A DNA stretch of 64,000 bases from an uncultured Gemmatimonadaceae bacterium (GTDB lineage: Bacteria > Gemmatimonadota > Gemmatimonadetes > Gemmatimonadales > Gemmatimonadaceae). The DNA is taken from assembly GCA_963732065.1 (NCBI GenBank), contig CAVSYH010000023.1, positions 1,851-65,850 on the forward strand, given 5' to 3'. This document shows, in pieces, positions 35,084-48,081 of this stretch; positions within the stretch are counted from its first letter, which is position 1; every line of letters begins with the position of its first letter. The notes under the pieces are model-generated. The model was not told the origin of the DNA, did no database searches, and saw nothing but the letters and a program-made list of their open reading frames with translations. Both the position numbers and the translations under genes were made by a program.

Positions 35084-36357
35084 CGAATCGCAATCGTTGG
35101 CTCGCGCCGGTCGTCGTGGCGGTCGCGCTCGCGGCGTGCGCGCGCCCGCAGCGCGCGCAGGGGCAATATGCGTCGCAGGTCGCGGAGGCCGTGCCGATGA
35201 TCGAGAAGACCACCGGGCTCAGGTTCAAGACGCCGCCGCGATACGAAGTGCGCAGCAAGGCGCGAAGTGCGCGCCTTCCTCGACAAGGCGTTCAACGAAG
35301 AGAAGTCGGCGCGCGACATCGCGGCGCAGCAGACCGTGCTCCGCCGGCTGCGGCATCGATTCCCGACACGCTCGATCTGCGCAAGCTGATGCTCGATCTG
35401 CTCACCGAGCAGGTGGTGGGATTCTACGATCCGAAGACGAAGGTGCTGTACATCGTGGAGGGCGCGCCCGACGAGCAGGTGGGCTTCGTGATCCAGCACG
35501 AGCTGGTGCACGCGCTGCAGGACCAGTACATGAATCTCGATTCGATCCAGAACGTGAAGGGCGACGACGACCGCGTGCATCGCCGCGCAGGCCGTGTTCG
35601 AGGGGCAGGCGACGCTGGTGCCCGCTGCAGGCGATGCTGGGCCCGGGCGTCGGACATGCCTGCCGGCATTGGGACCGGATCCGCGAATGGATCCGCGAGC
35701 AGCAAACGTCGATGCCGGTGTTCGCGCGCACGCCGCGAGTTCCTGCAGGAGCAGCTGATCTTCCCCTACATCAACGGCATGGAGTTCATGCGCGAGTTCA
35801 ACGCGCAGCGGCCCGGGCAGGTGCCGTACGGCAAGGATCTTCCGGCGTCGAGCGCGCAGATCATGCACCCGGCCGAGTACTTCGCATCGCCGCGCGAAAT
35901 GCCGATCACCGTGACTTTGCCCGCGCCGCGCGCGGGCACGATCGACGTACGACAACGTGATGGGTGAGTTCTCGACGAACAGTGATGATCTACGAGGTGC
36001 TGCACGACCAGAACCAGGCCGATGCGGCCGCCGCCGGCTGGACCGGCGACCGCTACGCGCTCGTGCACACGCCGCAGGGCGACGGCGTTCGCGTGGCTGA
36101 TGCTCTTCGAGACGCCGGTGGACGCCGTGGAATTCGCGACGGCAATGCAGGAACTCGCCGCCGAAGCGCTACAACGGGACGACCGGCACGAAGACGCCGA
36201 CGGGCATGACCTTCTCACCGACCGGGCGCTCGGTGATGGTCTGGGGCGGGGCAGGTCGGCGGGAACTCTGCGGTGCTGTATCGTCGATGTGCCGGCCGGC
36301 GTGGCCACGAACACTCTTCGATCTGACGAAAGTCCGAGTCAATTGAAACAGACCTGA
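35080..36357 (+). CDS. Putative lipoprotein zinc metalloprotease (HExxH; heavily frame-broken; family unknown)
   Basis: [20 protein letters not shown] (lipobox), [30 protein letters not shown]. Its ATG overlaps the pilD stop. Confidence 0.45.
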
Positions 36358-36428
36358 GACGCTAGACCTGAGACGTTAGAATGCGACGTTAGACCGCAGT
36401 CTAACGTCTAGGTCTAGCGTCTAGGTCT
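36350..36428. repeat. Palindrome built from tandem 14-15-nt units, bridging two convergent stop codons
   Basis: AGACCTGAGACGCTAGACCTGAGACGTTAGA ... TCTAACGTCTAGGTCTAGCGTCTAGGTCT. The TGA of the plus-strand gene (36355-57) lies inside the left arm. The right arm ends 5 nt before the stop of the minus-strand gene (36433-35). Confidence 0.65.
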
Positions 36429-36432
36429 GCAG

Positions 36433-37844
36433 TTACAGCAGCTTCGCGATGTAGTAGATCACGAGCCCCGCGAGCCCGCCGACGATCGTGCCGTTGATGC
36501 GGATGAACTGCAGATCCTTCCCGATCGCGAGCTCGATGCGCTGCGACGTCGCATCGGGATCCCAGCCGGCCACGGTCTGCGCGATCAGCGCCGACACCTC
36601 GCCCTGATACCGCTCCACCACCGCGAGCGCGATGTCGGCGATGTAGCCGTTCAGTTTCGCCACCAGCGCGGGATCGCTCTTCGCCGCCTCGCCGAACGCG
36701 ACGAGTCCGCGCTCGATCGCGCCGGGACTGAACGAGTCCGGCCGTTCGGCGTAGCGGAAGAGCGCGTTCTTCGCCTCCTCCCAGATCGCCGTCGAGAATT
36801 TCCGCACCGCCGCGTCGTCGAGCAGTTCGAGCTTCAGCGCCTCGGCGCGCGCCTGCAGTTCGGGCGAGCCGTTGAGCTTCGCGCACGAAATCGTCGAGCG
36901 CGGCGTCGAAGCGCTGGCGCAGCGGATGGCCCGGATCGGCGCGCACTTCCTGCAGCGTGCGGTCCACGCCCGTCACGATCTTCTTGTGGATCTTGTCGTC
37001 CACCGCCTCGGGGATCCACCACGGACTCTCTTTCTCGATGCGGTCGCGGATCGCGTCGGCGTTGTCGTGCACCGCGCGCGCGAGCAGCGCGATCGCCTGG
37101 TCGAGGATCTCCTGGTGGCGGCCGCCTTCGGTGATCGACGCTCAGGAGTTTTCCCGCGAGCGGCGCGACCTGCGTGCGGCGGATCCGGTCGCGCAGCACG
37201 CCGTCGATCAGTTCCTGCACGTCCTCATCGCGCAGCACGCGCACGCCGCCGGCGACCGCGGTCGCGGCGTGGCGCGCGACCGCGCGCGCGTTCTCGGGCT
37301 CGCTCAGCCACGCCGCGAGATGCTCCGCGACCTTCGCGTTCGCGAGCTTCTCCGCGAGCACGTCGCGGCTCAGGAAGTGCCGCTGCACGAAATTCCCGAG
37401 CGAGCGTCCGATCTGGTCCTTCCGCGCGGCGATGATCGCCGTGTGCGGGATCGGCAGCCCCAGCGGATGCTTGAAGAGCGCGGTGACGGCGAACCAGTCG
37501 GCCAGGCCGCCCACCATCGCCGCGCCGGCGGCGGCCTTCACCGGATCGAGCCACGGGTACGCGTGCACGAGCAACGCCGCCGCGAAGAACACCGCGGTGG
37601 AGAGCACGAGCAATCCCGTCGCGCGCCGCTTCATGCGCACGAGCTGCGCGCGTCTGGTGGCTTCGTCCGGCGGCGGCAGGAGCTGCGCTGGCGTCACGGC
37701 GATCCCCGCGAACTCTCGATGGCGCTGCGGCGCGCTCAGCTCGTGCGTCTCGATCGGCACGATCTTCTCGGGCGGCGTGCCGCGCTTGCTCGCGTCGGCC
37801 GGCTTGGGCGCGCTGTCGGCGCGGCCCTTCGACGCGGGCGGCAA
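36433..37844 (-). CDS. DUF445-family membrane protein (frame-broken; true start uncertain)
   Basis: RMKRRATGLLVLSTAVFFAA, GGLADWFAVTALFKHPLGLPIPHTAII and the C-terminus LQFIRINGTIVGGLAGLVIYYIAKLL. Confidence 0.6.
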
Positions 37845-40201
<2,357 letters not shown>

Positions 40202-40258
40202 GAAGCTCCCGAGGGGGAGAGTTGCCCTAAATGATAATCGCGTCTACGTTTAAAGGCT

Positions 40259-41629
40259 ATGTTCGGTGAGCTTTCCGAGAAACTCGACGGGGTCCTTTCC
40301 CGCCTTCGCGGGCGGGGCGTGCTCTCCGATGCGGACGTCCGCGAAGGGCTGCGCGAGGTCCGCCGCGTGCTGCTGGAGGCCGACGTCAGCTTCGCGCTGA
40401 CGCGGGAATTCCTCGAGCGCGTCGAACGCCGCGCGACCGGCATCGCCACGCTGAAAACGGTGGCGCCGGGCCAGCATCTCGTGAAGATCGTGCACGACGA
40501 GCTCGCCACGATGCTCGGCGAGCGCCGCGAGGCGCTCAAGCTCGGCACGATCCCGCCGGGCGTGATCCTCGTGGTGGGGCTGCAGGGCTCGGGCAAGACG
40601 ACCACCGCCGCGAAGCTCGCGAAGGTGCTGCTGAAGGAAGGGCGTGCGGTGCGGCTGGTCGCGGCGGACGTGCATCGCCCCGCGGCGATCGACCAGCTCG
40701 AGACGCTCGGCAAGAAGATCGATGTGCCGGTGTACGCGGACCGCGATTCGAAGGACGTGATCGCGATCGCGCGGCACGGTGTGGAAGCGGCGAAGAAGGC
40801 GCGCGACCGGGTGGTCATCATCGACACCGCCGGCCGCCTGCAGATCGATGAAGCGTTGATGGATGAATTGAAGCGCCTGAAGGAAGCCGTCCACCCCGAC
40901 GAGATCCTGCTCGTGGCCGACGGCATGACGGGGCAGGACGCGGTGAAGATCGCGCAGGGCTTCAACGATGCGCTGGGCGTGACGGGCGTGATCCTCACGA
41001 AGATGGACGGCGATGCGCGCGGTGGCGCGGCGCTCTCGATCTACGGGATCACGAAGAAGCCGATCAAGTACATCGGCGTGGGCGAAGGGCTCGAGGCGCT
41101 CGAGGAGTTCCATCCCGAGCGCATGGCGGGGCGGATCCTGCAGATGGGCGACGTCGTGTCGCTCGTCGAGAAGGCGCAGGAAGCGTTCGACGCCGAAGAG
41201 ACGAAGAAGCTCGAGAAGAAAGTGCGCCGCGAGGGGATGGACCTGCAGGATTTCCTCGCGTCGCTCAAGCAGATCCAGCGGATGGGGCCGATGGAAGGCA
41301 TTCTGAAGATGCTGCCCGGCGTGAACCCCAAGATGCTGAAGCAGGCGAACATGGATCCCAACCGCATGCGCCACATCGAGGCGATCGTGCTCTCGATGAC
41401 GCCGGCGGAGCGAAAGGATCCGAAGCTCATCGACGGTTCGCGCCGCCTGCGGATCTCGAGAGGCAGCGGACGGCCGACGAGCGAGGTGAACAAACTGCTC
41501 GATCAGTTCCGCGAGATGCAGAAGATGATGAAGAAGATGGGGACAGGGGGACGAATGAACATGCCCGGGACTGCATGGGCCGTCGGTAAATCCAACGGCG
41601 TGAGTTATGAGTCGTGCGTGATGGGATAA
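40259..41629 (+). CDS. ffh: Signal recognition particle protein Ffh
   Basis: Intact 456 aa. GLQGSGKTTTAAKLA, IDTAGRL, TKMDGDARGGAALS and the Met-rich M-domain. Confidence 0.95.
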   Translation: MFGELSEKLDGVLSRLRGRGVLSDADVREGLREVRRVLLEADVSFALTREFLERVERRATGIATLKTVAPGQHLVKIVHDELATMLGERREALKLGTIPPGVILVVGLQGSGKTTTAAKLAKVLLKEGRAVRLVAADVHRPAAIDQLETLGKKIDVPVYADRDSKDVIAIARHGVEAAKKARDRVVIIDTAGRLQIDEALMDELKRLKEAVHPDEILLVADGMTGQDAVKIAQGFNDALGVTGVILTKMDGDARGGAALSIYGITKKPIKYIGVGEGLEALEEFHPERMAGRILQMGDVVSLVEKAQEAFDAEETKKLEKKVRREGMDLQDFLASLKQIQRMGPMEGILKMLPGVNPKMLKQANMDPNRMRHIEAIVLSMTPAERKDPKLIDGSRRLRISRGSGRPTSEVNKLLDQFREMQKMMKKMGTGGRMNMPGTAWAVGKSNGVSYESCVMG

Positions 41630-41710
41630 GGACTGGGTGCGACGCCGGAATCGCCGGCGATCGCGATGAGCCCAGCGCAGGATCAGACCTTCGGACAGTG
41701 AGGATTCACA

Positions 41711-42019
41711 ATGGTTCGCATCAGACTCCGCCGCGTCGGCCGCAAGAAGACGCCGATCTACCGCATCGTCGTCGCCGATCAGCGCAGCCCGCGCGACGGC
41801 CGGTTCATCGAGACGATCGGCCAGTACAATCCCCGCCTCGCCGAAGGCGGCCTGAACATCGAGATCGACCGCGCCAACTACTGGCTCGATGTGGGCGCGC
41901 AGCCGAGCGACACCGTGCGCTCGCTGCTCCGCCGCGCGGGCGTGCTGAAGACGCGCCACACGGCGCGCGTCGCGGCCAAGAAGGTCGCGGGCGCGACGCC
42001 GGTGAAGGAAACGAAGTAG
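41711..42019 (+). CDS. rpsP: 30S ribosomal protein S16
   Basis: [37 protein letters not shown]. Confidence 0.95.
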   Translation: MVRIRLRRVGRKKTPIYRIVVADQRSPRDGRFIETIGQYNPRLAEGGLNIEIDRANYWLDVGAQPSDTVRSLLRRAGVLKTRHTARVAAKKVAGATPVKETK

Positions 42020-42020
42020 C

Positions 42021-42558
42021 ATGAGCGCGCGCGACGCCCGCGATCTCGTGATCGTCGGGCGGCTGCGCCGCGCGCACGGCGTGAAAGGCGACATGATCGT
42101 GGAAGTGATCACCGACGCGCCGGCCGCGGTCTTCGTGGCCGGCCGTCGTTTCGTCATGGGCACCGACAAGGGCGATCCCGAGCCCCAAGGGCGAGACGCT
42201 CACGCTCGCGCGCGCCACGGAGCGCTTCGATGGCTCGTGGCTGCTCGGATTCCACGAGGTGCCCGGCCGCGACGAGACGGCGCGCTGGCGCTTGCACTAT
42301 TTGCTCGCGCCGCGCGGCGAGCTGCCGCCGCCCGAGGAGGACGACGTGTATCTCCACGAACTCCCCGGCATGCGCGTGATGCTCGAGAGCGGCGCCGAGC
42401 TCGGCGCGGTGAAGGACATCTACGAACTGCCCGCCGGGCTCGCGCTCGACGTGCACTGGAAGTCGGGCACGGTGCTGCTGCCGTATCTGTTCGTGCGCCA
42501 CGTGGACCGCGCGGCGCGCACGATCACCGCCGCGCCGCCGGACGGATTGTTCGAATGA
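42021..42558 (+). CDS. rimM: 16S rRNA processing protein RimM (one frame switch near 42170-42260)
   Basis: LVIVGRLRRAHGVKGDMIVEV at the N-terminus. The PRC-barrel C-terminus (LHELPGMRVM..GAELGAVKDIYE) is in ORF 42259..42558. Confidence 0.8.
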
Positions 42559-43224
42559 CGCTGCGCGTGAACATCATCACCATCTTCCCCGAGTTCTTCG
42601 CGGGGCCGCTCGGCATCTCGATCCCGTCGCGCGCCGCCGCGGCCGGCGGCGTGGAGTATCGCGTGATCGACCTGCGCGACTTCACGCACGACAAGCACCG
42701 CACCGTGGACGACGCGCCCTTCGGCGGCGGCGCCGGCATGGTGATGAAGCCCGACCCGTTCTTCGAAGCCGTGGAATCGATCGGCGCGCGCGCACCGATC
42801 GTGCTCGTCTCCGCGCGCGGACGAGCAGTTCACGCAGCCCGACGCGGTGCGCTTCGCAGCGGGCGAAGAGCTCACGATCCTCTGCGGCCACTACAAGGAC
42901 GTCGACCAGCGCGTCGCCGACCACCTGGCCACCGAGGAGATCTCGCTCGGCGATTTCATCTTGAGCGGCGGCGAACCCGCCGCGCTCGCGATCGTGGACG
43001 CCGTCGCGCGCCTCATGCCCGGCGCGATGTCCGACGCCGAGAGCGCCCGCACGGATTCATTCGGCGAACACGGCACCGACGGCATCAGCGCGCCGAGCTA
43101 CACGAGGCCGGCGGATTTCCGCGGCTTCAAAGTGCCCGACGTGTTGCTGTCGGGAGATCACGCCAAGATCGCCGCTTGGCGCGCAGAGCAGGGGCGACTG
43201 CGCACCAAGGATCGTCAGGGCTAA
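42555..43224 (+). CDS. trmD: tRNA (guanine37-N1)-methyltransferase TrmD (frame switch near 42820)
   Basis: MTLRVNIITIFPEFF, VDDAPFGGGAGMVMKP, LTILCGHYKDVDQRV, LGDFILSGGE and SGDHAKIAAWR. Its ATG overlaps the rimM stop. Confidence 0.9.
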
Positions 43225-43234
43225 CGAGACTTGG

Positions 43235-43460
43235 CTGGCATCAAGGTCGAAGTTCGACCGGATCAACCGGATGATCCGGATCATCCGGATACCTCAAGGC
43301 CCGGGTCGATGGCATTGCGATGCCGTCCGGCCGCTGTACTTGTAGTTAACAACAAGTACAAAAACCCGGCGCCTCGCGATGTGCTCGTCAAGCACACGGA
43401 GGTATCCGATCGATCCGGATCATCCGGTTGATCCGGTCGAACCTTCGACCTTGATGCCAG
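43235..43460. repeat. Family-C MITE-like element (226 bp), copy 1, in the trmD-rplS spacer
   Basis: Terminal inverted repeats of about 55 nt: CTGGCATCAAGGTCGAAGTTCGACCGGATCAACCGGATGATCCGGATCATCCGGATACC ... GGTATCCGATCGATCCGGATCATCCGGTTGATCCGGTCGAACCTTCGACCTTGATGCCAG. Central palindrome GTACTTGTAGTTAACAACAAGTAC. Confidence 0.65.
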
Positions 43461-43591
43461 CCTTGCCGCATGGATCGCGACGACCGATGAGTCCAACTCG
43501 CTTGACTGGCATAAACCCCGTCAGCACCATTAGCTTTACCGACTACCCAAGTCCGACTCTGACCCTGGCGCAATGCCGCCTGGAGCCTGAT

Positions 43592-43975
43592 ATGCACGTA
43601 TTTTCCGAGACCCAGAAAGAGTACATGCGCACCGACATCCCGCCCTTCCGTGCCGGCGACACGCTCCGCGTGAACGTCCGCGTGAAGGAAGGGGACAAGG
43701 AGCGCCTCCAGGCGTTCGAAGGCGTGTGCATCGCGCGCCGCGGCGCCGGTGTGAGCGAGACGTTCACCGTGCGGAAGGTGTCGAACGGTGTGGGCGTCGA
43801 GCGCATCTTCCCGGTGCACAGCCCGATGATCGGCAGCCTCTCCGTGATGCGCCGCGGCCGCGTGCGCCGCGCCAAGCTCTTCTTCCTCCGCGAAGCGACC
43901 GGCAAGTCGGGCCGCATCCGCGAGAAGAAGGCGCGCCTGATCGCCGAAGTCGGCACCAAGGAACCGGCGGAGTAA
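43592..43975 (+). CDS. rplS: 50S ribosomal protein L19
   Basis: [55 protein letters not shown]. Confidence 0.95.
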   Translation: MHVFSETQKEYMRTDIPPFRAGDTLRVNVRVKEGDKERLQAFEGVCIARRGAGVSETFTVRKVSNGVGVERIFPVHSPMIGSLSVMRRGRVRRAKLFFLREATGKSGRIREKKARLIAEVGTKEPAE

Positions 43976-44038
43976 GTACACACGTCGCCCCGGCGCTGGT
44001 CGGAGATCGAATCGGACCTCCGCCGCTCGGGCGGCCAA

Positions 44039-44674
44039 TTGATAGCCGGGATCGATGAAGTCGGACGGGGCTCCCTTGCGGGCCCCGTCGTCGCATGCGC
44101 GATCATCATGCGCCCCGGCGAGCGCGCGATCGCGGGCGTCGATGACTCGAAGATGCTCACGGCGAGCGAACGCCGCCGCCTCGCGCGCATCATTCGCGCC
44201 CGCGCGCTCTGCATCGCACTCGGCGCCGCCTCCGCGCGCGAGATCGACCGCATCAACATCTACCAGGCCACCGCGCTCGCCATGCGGCGCGCGATCCGGC
44301 GCCTCGTGATGCGGCCCGATCACATTCTGCTCGATGGCCTTCCAATGCGCGCGCTCGAGGTGGAGCATACCGCCGTCGTGAAAGGCGACGCGCGCTGCTT
44401 CCACATCGCGTGCGCGTCGATCATCGCCAAGGTCACGCGCGACCGCCTGCTCACGGCGCTGTCACTGCGTCATCCCGCGTACGCTTGGGAGCGCAACGCC
44501 GGTTATGGCACGCCTGAGCATGTGAGCGCGTTGCGCGACGCGGGATTCACGGCGCACCACCGTCGGTCGTTCAGTGTGACCGGTCTGGAGCCGAGTCCCG
44601 GGGCACCGCGCTCGACCTGCGCCGGACGCTTCCGCCACGCTCCCCTGAGGCAGTTGACCGCAGCGTCCCGTTGA
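44039..44674 (+). CDS. rnhB: Ribonuclease HII
   Basis: IAGIDEVGRGSLAGPVVACA, VDDSKMLT, DGLP, KGDARCFHIACASIIAKV and GYGT.EH. Confidence 0.9.
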   Translation: MIAGIDEVGRGSLAGPVVACAIIMRPGERAIAGVDDSKMLTASERRRLARIIRARALCIALGAASAREIDRINIYQATALAMRRAIRRLVMRPDHILLDGLPMRALEVEHTAVVKGDARCFHIACASIIAKVTRDRLLTALSLRHPAYAWERNAGYGTPEHVSALRDAGFTAHHRRSFSVTGLEPSPGAPRSTCAGRFRHAPLRQLTAASR

Positions 44675-45147
44675 ATCGACGCGCATGCTCTCATTCCCTT
44701 CGACCACGCCTCCGGCGCGCCAGTGTAGTCCGCTCCTCTGATCGCGTGCAGGATCTCGTTGATGCGCCGATCCAGCTGCTCGAGCTGCGCGGTCAGATTC
44801 TGAACGTACGCCGCTGAGTCAGCATTGCTGAGCGTGCTCGGAATGTATGGCTCGACCCCGTTGCATGGGCTGCCTCCGTCGTCGGCGGGATTGCTGCTGC
44901 AGCCGATCGGATCGATCGAATGTGCCTGCATCGAGGTCACGAACATCTGCTGGTGGTCAGCCTCGAGGCGCAGCGAACGCTCGATCTCGCGCGCCGAACC
45001 GAGCGCTGCGGCGGCGCTGTCGATCAGTCCTCCGAGCTGTTCGAGCGTCGCCGGGCCAGCCGCCTGAGCACGGGCGACCGGGGCGGTCGCGGCGAGGGCC
45101 GACAGGAGCAACGAATTCAAGACGTTGGGCAAGCGCGTGCGGATCAT
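44503..45147 (-). CDS. Hypothetical secreted protein (3' end doubtful: overlaps rnhB by about 170 nt)
   Basis: MIRTRLPNVLNSLLLSALAATAPVARAQA signal peptide, then a helical segment and a Cys-containing region. No family recognised. An alternative frame has a TGA near 44693. Confidence 0.35.
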   Translation of the reverse strand: MIRTRLPNVLNSLLLSALAATAPVARAQAAGPATLEQLGGLIDSAAAALGSAREIERSLRLEADHQQMFVTSMQAHSIDPIGCSSNPADDGGSPCNGVEPYIPSTLSNADSAAYVQNLTAQLEQLDRRINEILHAIRGADYTGAPEAWSKGMRACASIQRDAAVNCLRGAWRKRPAQVERGAPGLGSRPVTLNDRRWCAVNPASRNALTCSGVP

Positions 45148-45296
45148 CGCGACCTCCTTGCGACAAGCTCTGTAGGGCCCTCTTTCCTGGGTACGGGGGC
45201 ATGCCCGAGAGCGTTGCGCGCACCTGTGGCATTCCGCGGCGCCGCGGGACAAATTCATTGTCCCTCCCGTCTCCACTCCTCATCCTCACGGACCCA

Positions 45297-48075
45297 ATGC
45301 GCGCTCTCCGCCTCGCTGGCTCGCTCCTTTTCGTCACCGCCGTGCTCTCCGCGCAGGCCGCCAAGCCCGCCGCCGCCCCCGCGCCGAAGGCCGTGAAGGT
45401 CACCACGGTCGAAGGCATCACGGAGTACCAGCTCCCCAACGGACTCCGCGTGCTGCTCTTCCCCGACCAGTCGAAAGCCGACGGTCACGGTGAACATCAC
45501 CTACATGGTGGGCTCGCGATTCGAAGGCTACGGCGAGACGGGCATGGCGCACCTCCTCGAACATCTCCAGTTCAAGGGCACGCCCACGCATAAGGACATC
45601 AACGGCGAATCGGACCGGCACGGCGCGCGCAACAACGCCAGCACCTGGGACGACCGCACGAACTACTTCGAGACGCTCCCGGCCACCACCGAGAATCTCA
45701 ACTGGGCGCTCGCCTTCGAAGCCGACCGCATGACGAACAGCTACATCGCCGAGAAGGACCGCAGCTCGGAGATGACGGTCGTGCGCAATGAGTTCGAGGC
45801 CGGCGAGAACGATCCCTTCTCGATCCTCCTCGAGCGCACGCTCTCCACGGCGTACCTCTGGCACAACTACGGCCACTCCACGATCGGCGCGCGCTCCGAC
45901 ATCGAGAACGCGCCCATCGAGCGGCTGCAGGCGTTCTATCACAAGTACTATCAGCCCGACAACGCGGTGCTGCTCGTCGCCGGCAAGTTCGATCCCGCCG
46001 CCGCGCTCGCCGCAGATCGAGAAGACCTTCGGCCGCATCCCCAAGCCGGTGCGCTCGGAATCCCACGGCAACATCCTCTTCCCCACGTACACGGTGGAGC
46101 CGACGCAGGATGGCGAGCGCGTCGGTCACGCTGCGCCGCGTGGGCGACGTGCAGGCGGTGATCGCGGTCTATCACATTCCCGCGCTCTCGCACCCCGACT
46201 ACGCCGCGATCAACGTGCTCGCCTCGATCCTCGGCGACGAACCGTCGGGCCGCCTCTATCAGTCGCTCGTCGTGACGAAGCTCGCCGCCAGCGCCGGCGC
46301 GTTCGACTTCGGACGCAAGGAGCCCGGCACGCTCATCGCGTACGCGCAGGTGCGACAGGAGAGTTCGCTCGACTCCGCGCGCACCGCGCTGCTGCGCACG
46401 ATCGACAGCGTGGTCACGCATCCGCCCACCGCCCAGGAAGTGGACCGCGCGAAGACTTCGCTGCTCAAGGGGATCGACCTCCTGCTGAACAACAGCGCGC
46501 AGGTGGGCCTCCAGATCAGCGAGTGGCAGGCCGCCGGCGATTGGCGCCTGCTGTTCGTGAATCGCGATCGCATCAAGAAGATCACGCCGGCCGACGTGCA
46601 GCGCGTCGCGGCGGCGTATCTCAAGCCGTCGAACGTGACGGTGGGCTTGTTCTATCCCACCGCGAAGCCCGATCGCTCCGAGATCCCGGGGCCGGTGGAC
46701 ATCATGGCGCTCGTGCGCGACTACCACGGCGATTCGAACTTCGTGGCCGGCGAGGCGTTCGACGCGTCGCCCGCCAACATCGATGCGCGCACGCAGTTCG
46801 CGACGCTGCCGAACGGCATGCGCGTGAGCCTGCTCTCGAAGAAGACGCGCGGCGGACAGGTGGTGGGCCGGCTCGTGCTGCGGCTCGGCACCGAGCAGTC
46901 GCTCACCGGCCGCGCCGAGGCGGGCGAGATGGCCGCCGACATGCTCGATCGCGGCACCGCGACGCTCACGCGCCAGCAGCTCAAGGACAGTCTCGACCGG
47001 CTCAAGGCGCGCGTCGGCATCGGCGGGTCGGCACGCAGCGTCACCTTCACGATCCAGACGGTGCAGGCGAGTGTGCCCGCGGTGCTCGCGCTCGTGAGCG
47101 AGATGGCGCGCAAGCCGCGCTTCGACAGCGTGGAGTTCGAGCAGCTGCGCCAGGAGCAGCTCGCCGATCTCGAGCAGAACGTCTCGGACCCGGAGGCGCT
47201 CGCAGGCACGGCGTTCAGCCGGAGGCTGCGCCCGAAGCCCGTGGGGAATCCGCTCTACACGCCCACGATCGAGGAAGAGATCGCGATGACGAAGGGTGTG
47301 ACGCTCGCGCAGACGAAAGCGTTCCACGCCGATTTCTACGGCGCCGCCGCGGCCGACCTCGTGCTGATCGGCGACATCGACACCGCCGCCGTGCGCAAAT
47401 GGGCGGCGAGCGACCTCGGCAATTGGAAGGCTCCCACGGCGTGGGTGCGCATTCCCAATCCATATCAGAAGGTCGATTCGTCTTCGCTCTCGATCGAGAC
47501 GCCGGACAAGGCCAACGCACTGTTCTACTCCGGCCTCAACGTGAAGCTCAACGACGCGTCGCCCGACTACGCCGCGGTCCTGATCGGCAACACGATCCTG
47601 GGCGGCGCGGAGAGTTCGCGCTTGTGGACGCGCATTCGCGAGCACGACGGGCTCAGCTACGGAGTCGGTTCGCGGTTCAGCATCCCGGCCGTGGATGACG
47701 GCGGCTCGTGGACCGTGAACGCGATCTACGCGCCGCAGAACGCCGCGCATTCTCATCGCGGACTATCAGGAGGAGCTCGCGCGCATCCTCAAGGACGGCG
47801 TGACGGCCGAGGAGCTGGCGACGGCGAAGTCACGCTGGCTGCAGCTGACGCAGCAGTCGCGATCGAACGACGGCGAGTTGGCCGCGATCCTGGTGGCGCG
47901 CCGCGATGTGGGCCGCACGCTCGAGTTCGATTTGAAGCTCGAGGCGCAGGTCAAGGCGCTCACCGTGCAACAGGTGAACGACGCGCTGCGCAAGTACATC
48001 GTGCCGGCGAATCTCACCAACGTGAAGGCGGGCGATTTCGCGAAGCCCGCTCCGGCCGCGCCGGCGAAGCCGTAA
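45297..48075 (+). CDS. Large secreted M16 (pitrilysin-family) zinc peptidase with two M16 units (frame broken at least 4 times)
   Basis: Signal [21 protein letters not shown]. Inverted zinc motif [14 protein letters not shown] (HxxEH) and [12 protein letters not shown]. The second half lies in ORFs 46110..48089 and 47800..48075. Confidence 0.8.
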
Positions 48076-48081
48076 CGCCGG

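Noticed and set aside
40250-42169. 639-aa ORF on the minus strand
   Set aside because: It is antisense to intact ffh and rpsP, has no recognisable motifs, and has shadow-ORF composition.
43231-43496. Short ORFs (66 and 71 aa) inside the family-C element, encoding RPDQPDDPD-like peptides, and a 77-aa ORF in copy 2
   Set aside because: The same peptide-like string appears on both strands only because the DNA is palindromic. Nothing supports translation.
44503-44674. A 170-nt antisense overlap between rnhB and the hypothetical secreted protein as a real overlapping-gene pair
   Set aside because: An alternative frame offers a stop near 44693, just outside rnhB. Given the indel load, a frame error extending the ORF is more likely.
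45951-47756. 601-aa ORF on the minus strand, and similarly 54696..56546 (616 aa) and 31114..33015 (633 aa)
   Set aside because: Most of each runs antisense to clearly homologous plus-strand genes (M16 peptidase, Ser/Thr kinase, REC-GGDEF). Only the small part of 31114..33015 that matches ThiD is real. All are Arg-rich shadow ORFs.
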